From positions 1 through 61,444 of the forward strand of contig CAYVXV010000005.1 in the NCBI GenBank assembly GCA_964455555.1: DNA of 61,444 bases. The letters run 5' to 3'. A program made the position numbers and the translations under genes. The DNA is from an uncultured Pseudomonadales bacterium (GTDB taxonomy: Bacteria; Patescibacteriota; Microgenomatia; UBA1400; PJMF01). The notes under the pieces are model-generated. The model ran no database searches, had not been told where the DNA came from, and saw nothing but the letters and a program-made list of their open reading frames with translations. Numbering within the stretch: position 1 is the first letter of the stretch; every line of letters starts with the position of its first letter. Positions 1 through 7,458 of this stretch are shown piece by piece.

Positions 1-55
1 CAAGATTCCATGCCAACTATTTAGAAACCGTGTGCAAAAAAAGGGGCGCTTGACA

Positions 56-140
56 CGTTTTTGATAGAATTACCCTGGAAGCTCGATTCTGGAATGGGAC
101 AGTTATAACGACGCACGGGTTCCAGACCCGGGTGCTCCGC
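56..140 (+). ncRNA. Candidate small structured RNA / tRNA- or tmRNA-like element, copy 1 (85 nt)
   Basis: 80/85 nt identical to 2705-2789, with the last 55 nt identical. Begins with a -10-like TAGAAT box. Contains GAUUCUGGA and a hairpin GCACGGG-UUCCAGA-CCC(GG)GUGC followed by GCUCC, resembling the two ends of a tmRNA tRNA-like domain. An intrinsic terminator follows. Confidence 0.4.
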
Positions 141-150
141 CGATAAAAAT

Positions 151-172
151 GCAGCCAAATGGCTGCTTTTTT
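151..172 (+). terminator. Rho-independent terminator (GCAGCC-AAAU-GGCUGC + U6)
   Basis: Perfect 6-bp GC-rich stem with a 4-nt loop and a T6 run directly after element copy 1. An A-run lies upstream, so it could act bidirectionally. Confidence 0.7.
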
Positions 173-175
173 ATT

Positions 176-370
176 GGTGGAAGATGTACTGGAGCGAATC
201 CGGCGAACGAAGTGAGCCTCAGTTCGCGCCGGGGCCGAGCATACCTAATATAAAATAATGCGAGGCAACCCTAGTGCATGCGGAGTGAGCGGGAGCGAAC
301 GCAGTCGTGAATCCTGCCGGCAAGTGCGAAGCACCTGCCTAATGTCCGCAAAGCGGACCACCACCACCGC
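176..370 (+). ncRNA. Candidate structured non-coding RNA (GC-rich, multi-hairpin, unknown class)
   Basis: An ORF-free GC-rich patch inside AT-rich DNA. GGUGG (176-180) can pair with the CCACC repeats at 358-368. Internal hairpins include CCGGCGAAC...GUUCGC(GC)CGG, GGCAAGUGC-GAA-GCACCUGCC and GUCCGC-AAA-GCGGAC. The motifs GAAUCC, AGUGAGC and GCGAACG each occur twice. Confidence 0.3.
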
Positions 371-406
371 ACCTCAGGAACTATAAACACCGTTTAGAAT
401 TTTTCT

Positions 407-415
407 TGTTATAAT
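407..415 (+). promoter_or_regulatory. Extended -10 promoter (TGtTATAAT) placed for a leaderless transcript of the 422 ORF
   Basis: TGTTATAAT ends 6 nt before the ATG at 422. No Shine-Dalgarno sequence lies between them. Confidence 0.45.
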
Positions 416-421
416 GTTTCT

Positions 422-1375
422 ATGACCTCTGAGAAACAGATTGCTCAACAAGTCCTACAACAAAATTATGAATTTCCTCACGGCGAACTCTTTCTTTCCC
501 TTATTAAAGCCGGTGTAGAAAATACTAATTTTCTTATTGAGAACGGACCAAATAAATTTGTATTCCGAATCTATAACTTGGAACACTCAATCAGAGGGAC
601 AAGGAGTAAAGAGTCTATTGAGCAGGAACTAGAATTCTCTCAACAAGCAATAGCTTCTGGTATTCCAGCTCCACAGGTCATAAACAATATAGACGAAGAA
701 AGAATTACTACTTTTCTTAAGGAAGGTATAGAACGCTATTCAGCTTTATTCGCTTTTCTTCCAGGAAAATCACCAGAAAAGTATACAACTAAGAGAGTTT
801 CAGAAGTTGCTGGAGTAGTGAACACACTTTACGAAGTTGGAAAACATTTTGAAAAAACTACTACTCATACTGATTTTGATATTCTCTCTCGAGCTCTGTC
901 TAAATACGAAGAGATACAAACTTCAACAAATGATTACCCAAAAGACATTCTTGTAAGACTCCGACAACTCCACTCAGAAATTGAAAAAGCCTTGCTATCA
1001 ATCAATTTAGAACAAATATCTAAAGGCTTCGTACATGGAGATCTCAAACTAGAAAACATGCTGTTTGATGTTAATGACAACCTAACTGCCGTTTTAGATT
1101 TTGACGACTACCGATACAGCTATCTTCTTGAAGAAGCAACAATGGCACTTATGCATAACCTTCATTCAAGCAGTGAGAATATTATTCGTTCAGGGAACTA
1201 TCAAACATTCAAAACAAAACTTACTCATCCAGTACTGATTGATGAATTACATTACCTCTCATTTTTTGTGCAAGCAAGGTTTCTTTATGATCTTTGTAAA
1301 TATTTGAGTCAGGAAAACTATAAACTGATCGATGAATTACTAGAAGACGCTTATTTAAAAGCTATTTTTGAATGA
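422..1375 (+). CDS. Aminoglycoside/homoserine-kinase-type phosphotransferase (APH family) protein
   Basis: 317-aa ORF with the Brenner-type catalytic motif HGDLKLENMLF followed by LDFDD, typical of the APH/choline-kinase fold. The gene is AT-rich. Confidence 0.7.
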   Translation: MTSEKQIAQQVLQQNYEFPHGELFLSLIKAGVENTNFLIENGPNKFVFRIYNLEHSIRGTRSKESIEQELEFSQQAIASGIPAPQVINNIDEERITTFLKEGIERYSALFAFLPGKSPEKYTTKRVSEVAGVVNTLYEVGKHFEKTTTHTDFDILSRALSKYEEIQTSTNDYPKDILVRLRQLHSEIEKALLSINLEQISKGFVHGDLKLENMLFDVNDNLTAVLDFDDYRYSYLLEEATMALMHNLHSSSENIIRSGNYQTFKTKLTHPVLIDELHYLSFFVQARFLYDLCKYLSQENYKLIDELLEDAYLKAIFE

Positions 1376-1382
1376 TAAAAAA

Positions 1383-1470
1383 GTTCCAACATCATCCCAT
1401 GACGCCCGCAACAATCGAAAAGTTATGGTAGACCCGTCTAATATTCTCAAATGGGTTGATGGTGTCTGCT
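1383..1470 (+). repeat. Degenerate tRNA-Ser 3-prime-end plus downstream-flank repeat (copy 1)
   Basis: GTTCCAACATCATCCCA...CCGCAACAATCGAAAAGTT..TAGACCCGTC..AATGGGTTGATGG..CTGCT aligns with the reverse complements of 12910-12993 and 16293-16375. Its first 18 nt match 19451-19468. Confidence 0.7.
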
Positions 1471-1575
1471 AATTTTTCCACAAAACTCATGAGTGTCGCA
1501 AAAGAGGCCTGTAATGCTCAAAAGCTCGTAAAAACGCTCAGAAGGAAAGGTAGTTGGTTCTAATCTTTGCTGATA

Positions 1576-2253
1576 TTAATCTTCTATTTTTTCAATCGAA
1601 TGGACATCGAGGACAGCCCAGTTACCAATGGTGTGGCATTTACCAGCCACGCACTGCTCATCTGAGTATGCAAAATTACCATCAACCTGAACCGATTTGC
1701 CAAGTAAGGGTTCAAGTGGGATATCACTTTTTCCGATCATTGTTTCAATATCTCTATCTACCTCAATTCGGCACTCTGTTTTTCCACCCTCTCGACTGCA
1801 AACTTGATGAGCATTCATGTCTCCAGTTGACTCATATTTGAGTAGATAATTTTCTCCACGCTGAACGACTGTATATGTAGCCTCTGGATCATTAAAAGGG
1901 AAAAACTGTGGAGGCTTCTCATGAGTAAGTGACCACACAATATTCCCCAATAATCCAATGGCTACTATGGTAATAACACCTGCAATTCCAAAAAGAGTTT
2001 TCATGCGAATGGTAGATTTTGCTTTCTTCTGACCCGATAGCTTAGTGAGTATTATCAGTGCTGTGACAACTATGCTGATACAACCTAAAAGCAAAACCAT
2101 AAGTGGATATATCCACAACGGTTGAAAACTCAATAACCCAAAATTTATTTTGATTATGAGGAAGAAGCCAAAAATCAACACACTTGCTACAAGACCAGCT
2201 AAGAGGAATAGCCACAGAAACAACTTTCTGACCTGATTTTTCGACATCACCAT
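1576..2253 (-). CDS. Hypothetical membrane protein (about 3 N-terminal TM helices, Cys-containing C-terminal domain)
   Basis: Long ORF with hydrophobic N-terminal segments. The start was trimmed to the internal Met (MVMSKNQ). No recognisable catalytic motif. Confidence 0.55.
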   Translation of the reverse strand: MVMSKNQVRKLFLWLFLLAGLVASVLIFGFFLIIKINFGLLSFQPLWIYPLMVLLLGCISIVVTALIILTKLSGQKKAKSTIRMKTLFGIAGVITIVAIGLLGNIVWSLTHEKPPQFFPFNDPEATYTVVQRGENYLLKYESTGDMNAHQVCSREGGKTECRIEVDRDIETMIGKSDIPLEPLLGKSVQVDGNFAYSDEQCVAGKCHTIGNWAVLDVHSIEKIED

Positions 2254-2269
2254 GTTTCTATTGTAGCAA

Positions 2270-2566
2270 TTAAGCAATAAGCTGTAACTGTCGATCTGTC
2301 AGCATAAACTTTGATTTGACTCCACCCAATATTTTTAACCTCTCTTCAGGAGTTCCATATTGCAGTACGTGGAGTAAATATTCTTTGATTATTTCTGTTT
2401 GTGAGCTTGATACTTCGTCAATATTTTTTGCTCCAGTATTGTGTTGAGTCAGTTCAAACCTCGGTGTAAATTTATCAATCACAGTGGCTTTTAAGTGTTG
2501 CAGTCGTTTGACTTCGGTTTCAAATTCTGACATCAGATACTTCGTATTAAGTTTCATTTCTGGCAA
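2270..2566 (-). CDS. Hypothetical 98-aa protein
   Basis: ORF directly upstream of, and co-oriented with, the membrane protein gene. No recognisable motif. Confidence 0.45.
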   Translation of the reverse strand: MPEMKLNTKYLMSEFETEVKRLQHLKATVIDKFTPRFELTQHNTGAKNIDEVSSSQTEIIKEYLLHVLQYGTPEERLKILGGVKSKFMLTDRQLQLIA

Positions 2567-2704
2567 ATGTCCAATGAGCTGGTAATGAGTTCCTGCTTAG
2601 TAATGTATGGTTCTTTGCAGTCATATTATTGCTCTATCAAGGTCACTGATAACATTGTCCTAAACAAAACAAGACACTTCCTTTTTATAGTGTCTCATTT
2701 GTCC

Positions 2705-2789
2705 CGTTTTTGCTAAAATTACCCTGGAAGCCTAATTCTGGAATGGGACAGTTATAACGACGCACGGGTTCCAGACCCGGGTGCTCCGC
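2705..2789 (+). ncRNA. Candidate small structured RNA / tRNA- or tmRNA-like element, copy 2
   Basis: Direct repeat of 56-140 (5 mismatches, all in the first 30 nt). A -10-like TAAAAT box sits in the same position. It lies 58 nt upstream of the HAD gene start. Confidence 0.4.
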
Positions 2790-2847
2790 ATCCTATGAAT
2801 CACGCAATAGCAATGACCACACCTAACTAATAATACGCGTAACAAAA

Positions 2848-3459
2848 ATGAAAAAAATAAAATTTTTATATTTTGATCTGGGCGGCGTGGTTATTGATCA
2901 TGTTTTTGGGCTGACAAAAACCGCCAAGATACTAGATTTGGATTCAAAGGAAGTAATCACTTTTTTCCAAACACATGCTGATGATTTGGATAGAGGCACA
3001 CTTTCAGTCGCTGAACTTGAGGATATTTTTGAAAGCAAGTTTGGTATTAAAGAAAAAACTGATGAAAAAATAGGTGAAATAATTGTTGATAATTTTAGAG
3101 CTATCCGAGAAACTCATGATTTCATTAACCAAATAGCTAATGATTTTAAGATTGGGATATTATCAAATATTTCAGTAGATGTTTTCAATCTTATAAAAAA
3201 TAAAGAGCTCATTCCAGACATTAATTATGATTCTATTGTGCTTTCAGCAGAATTGGGGCGAATAAAACCAGAGAAAGAAATATTTGATTTTGCTTTATCA
3301 AAAACTCAATTTCATCCAGCCGAAATTTTATTCATTGATGATAGAAACGATAATATTGAAGCTGCAAAATCATTTGACTGGAATGGAATCTTGTTTGATA
3401 CCAAAGATCCTAAAAAATCTATTGAGCTAATACAAAAAAGAATTTTGCTGGGAAATTAG
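2848..3459 (+). CDS. HAD-superfamily hydrolase (subfamily IA-like phosphatase)
   Basis: N-terminal YFDLGGVVID (HAD motif I variant), a later ILSN motif and FIDD near the C-terminus. AT-rich. Confidence 0.65.
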   Translation: MKKIKFLYFDLGGVVIDHVFGLTKTAKILDLDSKEVITFFQTHADDLDRGTLSVAELEDIFESKFGIKEKTDEKIGEIIVDNFRAIRETHDFINQIANDFKIGILSNISVDVFNLIKNKELIPDINYDSIVLSAELGRIKPEKEIFDFALSKTQFHPAEILFIDDRNDNIEAAKSFDWNGILFDTKDPKKSIELIQKRILLGN

Positions 3460-3596
3460 GAGTTTTTTATCTACTCCCTGAGGGGGTGAAATACCAAACG
3501 TGGCAGTGCATGTTTGTGCTTTGCATAGGTGTAATTGTACTACTTTTTTTTACAAATTTTTTCAAAGTGTTCTCGTAAAGAAACCTGCCTCAGCCC

Positions 3597-3848
3597 TTAC
3601 AGCACTTCAACGTCTGAAAAATTTTCAGGCAGGCTGGCGCCAGCTTGGTCTAGCCAATCCGCATCGCATTCATAATCTTCAAACTCTATGACGCCCAATT
3701 CCGCCAACAAAAAAAGGACAAGATTTGCACTGAGCCTGTGGTTTTCCCTCTTCATGACCCCATCAATGTAGATGCCTTCCCAGTCTCCCTCTGTAGAGCT
3801 GACTATTGCTACTTTTGGTTTGGTTGAAGAAGTTTCCGCTTGATTCAT
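3597..3848 (-). CDS. Hypothetical 83-aa acidic protein
   Basis: ORF only, with no motif. It is preferred over the overlapping + strand ORF 3500-3691, which has Cys/Phe-rich junk-like composition. Confidence 0.4.
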   Translation of the reverse strand: MNQAETSSTKPKVAIVSSTEGDWEGIYIDGVMKRENHRLSANLVLFLLAELGVIEFEDYECDADWLDQAGASLPENFSDVEVL

Positions 3849-3968
3849 GAAAGCAGTTTACCATGATTAAAATTTATTATAAATACCATAATCAGCATCA
3901 GAATACCTACTAAAAACACTGAAAACTCAACCAAAACTGGCATTTTCATTTTTCTGGTATAGAATTAG

Positions 3969-5000
3969 GTGGCTATGATGACCCTGCTCAGAAAGGATTG
4001 GCGCAAGCCGCTAAAAATTGCTGCCGGCGCCCTTACCATTTCCTTCACTCTCTTAGCTATCATAATAGTTGCTTCGACTGCTTGGAGGTCTTTTTCGAAT
4101 CAAAGCCCTCAGGAATTGGTCACCCCGCTCACTCAGCAGCTTTCTATCCTAGCACCTCCGCCCCTTGAACCGGAGCCGGTGACCTTAATGTTTGTCGGCG
4201 ACATGATGTTTGACCGCAATATCCGCAGCAAAGCAGAACAAGCCGGCAATTATAATTTCATCTTGGAACCGATGGCACCGCTTTTTAGCCAAGCTGACCT
4301 AATAATCGGCAACCTTGAAGGTCCGATTACCAACAACCCCTCCAGAAGCCAAGGGAGTATACCCGGCTCTACAGACAATTATTATTTCACTTTCAGCCCC
4401 GACATTTTAAGCCTGCTCAAAAACTATCCTTTTGCCCTCAATCTGGGCAACAATCACATTACAAATTTTGGGGCTGACGGTATTTTCCAAACCAAACAAT
4501 TCTTAGCCCAAGCAGAAATTCCATATTTCGGACAAATTGGCAAAGATCATCAGTCAGAAAGCGTGGTTTTAACTGTCCGCAAGATGAAGCTTGCTCTAAT
4601 CAACTATAACGAATTTATTCCAGGAGGGATGCAAAAGACTCTCTCCGCCATAGAAACTCTCAAGCCTCAGGCAGACCTGGTGATTGTCTATCCACACTGG
4701 GGCGCCGAGTATGTTCCCACCGCCAACAGCGTGATCACTTCTCAGGCTCATGCTTTTGTGGACGCAGGCGCCAACATGGTCATTGGTTCACATCCACACG
4801 TGATTCAAAACTCAGAAATTTATCAGGGAGTGCCGATTTACTACAGTTTAGGCAATTTTGTGTTTGACCAATATTTTAGGCCGGAAGTGATGGAGGGCAT
4901 GGTGGTCACAGCGGTGATTGACCCCGTCACTCTTAAAATCAATATTGCCGAGCAACTAGTAACCTTGGACAAGTCCGGAGCCACCTTCCCCACGCCTTGA
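3969..5000 (+). CDS. CapA/PgsA-family metallophosphatase-like protein (poly-gamma-glutamate capsule synthesis family)
   Basis: N-terminal TM segment followed by FVGDMMFDR, GNLEGPIT, NLGNNH, HWGAEY and GSHPHV, the CapA/calcineurin-like signature order. The start may be the ATG at 3975. Confidence 0.7.
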   Translation: MAMMTLLRKDWRKPLKIAAGALTISFTLLAIIIVASTAWRSFSNQSPQELVTPLTQQLSILAPPPLEPEPVTLMFVGDMMFDRNIRSKAEQAGNYNFILEPMAPLFSQADLIIGNLEGPITNNPSRSQGSIPGSTDNYYFTFSPDILSLLKNYPFALNLGNNHITNFGADGIFQTKQFLAQAEIPYFGQIGKDHQSESVVLTVRKMKLALINYNEFIPGGMQKTLSAIETLKPQADLVIVYPHWGAEYVPTANSVITSQAHAFVDAGANMVIGSHPHVIQNSEIYQGVPIYYSLGNFVFDQYFRPEVMEGMVVTAVIDPVTLKINIAEQLVTLDKSGATFPTP

Positions 5001-5037
5001 AACAACTTCTCCTATGCTACAATAACAGCCACCGTTT

Positions 5038-5109
5038 GCCTCTGTAGTTAAACGGATAGAACACAGGTTTCCGGAACCTGCGATGTGGGTTCGATTCCCG
5101 CCAGAGGCA
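5038..5109 (+). tRNA. tRNA-Arg (anticodon CCG)
   Basis: Acceptor GCCTCTG/CAGAGGC, anticodon stem CAGGT/ACCTG with loop TTCCGGA, and T-loop TTCGATT. CCA is not encoded. Confidence 0.85.
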
Positions 5110-5183
5110 CAGTTTTAAGATACGAAATTCTCAATTAGCACTACTCAAAGCGCCGCTCTCTGCTGAAAACAATAAATTGGAAA

Positions 5184-5441
5184 TTACCGGGCCGGCTGGT
5201 GGTAATAAACTGGGGGCTCTATCGGCTTGCCATTATCAGGATTGATTAGTTTGACAAGAATAGCCCCATTTCTCTCCAACCCGACTACCACTGCCTGTAC
5301 ATCCCTAGTAAGCGTCAGGTGATCAGAATCCTCATGAACCCCGTGGTTGAGTTCAGTGCCGACAGCAATCCTAATCCTGTCACCCAACCTGATTGTGGGC
5401 TTTCGGATTGCTTCTTTAAAATAACTAAAAAGTTCTGCCAT
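5184..5441 (-). CDS. Hypothetical 85-aa protein
   Basis: ORF only; no motif recognised. Confidence 0.4.
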   Translation of the reverse strand: MAELFSYFKEAIRKPTIRLGDRIRIAVGTELNHGVHEDSDHLTLTRDVQAVVVGLERNGAILVKLINPDNGKPIEPPVYYHQPAR

Positions 5442-5528
5442 ATCCGAGAATTATATCACAGTCGGTCAATATTTAGACCGATATTTGTTTTTTTTGAGCC
5501 TTACATCTGCTGATATAAGAATACCGAG

Positions 5529-6152
5529 TTAAAAATACCCTCCTGTATCAACAGGCGGATGCGGGGTGATTGTCGGATTAGGAGTAAAATCGGGGTTGGA
5601 GGTAAAATCAGGATTCGCCGTTTGATCTGGCAATGGTGAAACAATTGGTGAGCTTAGCGGAGTTGCCACCGGGGTTGGTGCGGGGTCATTAATATTCAAC
5701 AAACTCGCCCTCTCAAAGGAGCCACAAGACAAAAATGTGTTCTGATCCCCCGGGCTTGGTATAGCTGCAATAACGTCAGTGCTATTGCTAAGCAGCTCTT
5801 CCATTGTCATATTAAGTGAATATTCTTGGCTTGTCCCTTGGACAGCTCCTAAACTGGCAACCAACTGTCCAGGGTTGTTGCAGGTGCCTTCCATAATTCT
5901 GGCCTCAACAGGCTCGGTAACTGTCAAAGGCCTCTCAAGATTAACAGCCGCCCGAAGGGTGTTGTCCTCTGTTCTGCTCACGCTCACAGTTCCGCCAACA
6001 CCCCCTTCACTCATGGGAGTAATATCTGCCCGAAGGTTGTCAATGCGCTGGTCAGGAGAAACGACAGCATCTTCATCTGCCGTGTGAGTGCAAGCAGCAA
6101 AAACTACACCGCTGGTGAATAAAAACAAGGTGGCAAAAAGGATTTTTCTCAT
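5529..6152 (-). CDS. Secreted lipoprotein with Pro-rich repetitive C-terminus
   Basis: Signal peptide ending in the lipobox-like VFAAC. C-terminal NPDFTSNPDFTPNPTITP repeats. Confidence 0.6.
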   Translation of the reverse strand: MRKILFATLFLFTSGVVFAACTHTADEDAVVSPDQRIDNLRADITPMSEGGVGGTVSVSRTEDNTLRAAVNLERPLTVTEPVEARIMEGTCNNPGQLVASLGAVQGTSQEYSLNMTMEELLSNSTDVIAAIPSPGDQNTFLSCGSFERASLLNINDPAPTPVATPLSSPIVSPLPDQTANPDFTSNPDFTPNPTITPHPPVDTGGYF

Positions 6153-6235
6153 GGGTTATGCTATTGATTATGGGTTTAATTTTTCAACTCTGCTCCACAC
6201 CTCAGAACAGCTTTACTAAGCTGTTTTCATAGCTG

Positions 6236-6418
6236 CTAAGCGTACTGCGGATAGTCTTGAACAGTAGCCCTGGCAAATCTCTTCCAGGCCTCAATCCTCG
6301 CCTCTATCCAGCGGTTCAGCTGCGGCTTCTTTGAAGGAAGCTCCGGCTTTGGTTTATCAGAGATAAAGCAATAAAAGCCAACAATTTCCTTCTGGGAATG
6401 GGCATAATATTTATTCAT
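6236..6418 (-). CDS. Hypothetical 60-aa protein
   Basis: Short ORF only. Confidence 0.25.
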   Translation of the reverse strand: MNKYYAHSQKEIVGFYCFISDKPKPELPSKKPQLNRWIEARIEAWKRFARATVQDYPQYA

Positions 6419-6545
6419 ACTGTCGATAATATTAGCCTATAAAAACAAGTATTGTTTAATACTCAAGTAATAAAACGGTAATATAGCCTAGAATATTCAA
6501 AACCTGCCTAGACTAAAGCAAAAAAAGTGCATACAATCGGAAAGT

Positions 6546-7430
6546 ATGACAATCCGCAAAGCACTGATCACTGCAGCCGGTTTCGGCACCAGATTTTTGC
6601 CCATTACCAAAAGCATTCAAAAAGAAATGCTGCCTGTTCTAAACCGCCCTCTCGTTGATTATGTAGTAGAAGATTGCATTAAAGCGGGAATTACCGATAT
6701 TGTCTTTATCATCTCTGAGCACAATAGACAGTTACTGCACTATTACAGTGAGAACAAACGGCTGCAAAACTATTTGGTCGAGCGGGGCAAGTCTGAATTC
6801 TACAGTCAAGTAGAACCCATCCACCAACAAGCAAATTTTACTTTTATTAAGCAAAGCGACAATGATCCCTACGGCACGGCGGTTCCAGTCAAACTTGCCC
6901 AGGAGCAACTGCAGGATGAAGAAGCATTTATAGTTTTTATGGGCGATGATTTCATCTTTAATAGCAATGGGGTTTCTGAAACCGCCTCTTTAATTGAAAC
7001 TTTTAATAATTCCGGTGCAGAGGCTTTGGCCACCTGTCTTGAAAAACCAGCTGATATGCTGCACAAATACGGTGTAGCAGAAGTGGCCGATGACAATGGC
7101 TTCAGCTTCCTCAAGCGCCTCGTAGAAAAACCAGCTCCTGGCACCGCTCCTTCCAATCTGGCCAATATCAGCAAATATATCTTTACACCTAAAATCTTTG
7201 AGATTATTGAAAAACAAGCTCCCAATCAAGAATCAGGAGAACTATACATCACAGATAGCATTTCAATCCTTGCTCAGGAAGCAAAAGTGGTTATTCATAA
7301 ACCAGAAGGCAAGTATCTGGATGCAGGCTATGTATCCGGCTGGCTGCAGGCAAATTTGGAAATTGCCAAGAACAACCCAGAGCTCAGAGCTGAAATTGAA
7401 GAATATCTAAAAAGCGAATGGTTCCAGTAA
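6546..7430 (+). CDS. galU: UTP--glucose-1-phosphate uridylyltransferase
   Basis: N-terminal ALITAAGFGTRFLPITKSIQKEMLPV (nucleotidyl-transferase G-loop plus KEML signature) and a typical GalU length. Confidence 0.85.
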   Translation: MTIRKALITAAGFGTRFLPITKSIQKEMLPVLNRPLVDYVVEDCIKAGITDIVFIISEHNRQLLHYYSENKRLQNYLVERGKSEFYSQVEPIHQQANFTFIKQSDNDPYGTAVPVKLAQEQLQDEEAFIVFMGDDFIFNSNGVSETASLIETFNNSGAEALATCLEKPADMLHKYGVAEVADDNGFSFLKRLVEKPAPGTAPSNLANISKYIFTPKIFEIIEKQAPNQESGELYITDSISILAQEAKVVIHKPEGKYLDAGYVSGWLQANLEIAKNNPELRAEIEEYLKSEWFQ

Positions 7431-7458
7431 GTTTTCCGAGCGAGCCACTAACGAACCA

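Noticed and set aside
56-140. Calling the 85-nt element a bona fide tmRNA (ssrA) gene
   Set aside because: The putative acceptor pairing is only GGA(A)GC/GCUCC with a bulge. Position 3 would be A-U rather than the G-U needed for alanylation. There is no tag reading frame or pseudoknot region between the 5-prime and 3-prime motifs, the T-loop is non-canonical (UUCCAGA), and CCA is not encoded. I kept it as a candidate tRNA-like element only.
176-370. Assigning the structured block to a known riboswitch class (partial resemblance to SAM-I GGUGGA..CUGG..GGCAAC and to ydaO-type GUGAAUCC / CGAAUCC repeats)
   Set aside because: Only short fragments match what I recall of those consensus sequences. 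The diagnostic cores (the SAM-I AGAUGAGA closing helix, the ydaO AGCUAACCUCGUA segment) are absent. The downstream gene appears to have its own promoter after the block. A covariance-model search is needed.
176-400. Reading a tmRNA-like tag peptide or small ORF in the GC-rich block
   Set aside because: The open frames end in sequences such as AEHT-stop or a 40-codon Gly/Ser/Arg/Thr-rich string. They lack an Ala-rich C-terminal degron, and no resume-codon context is present.
3500-3691. 63-aa + strand ORF overlapping 3597-3848
   Set aside because: It has Cys/His/Phe-rich odd composition and overlaps the more plausible minus-strand ORF. There is no RBS.
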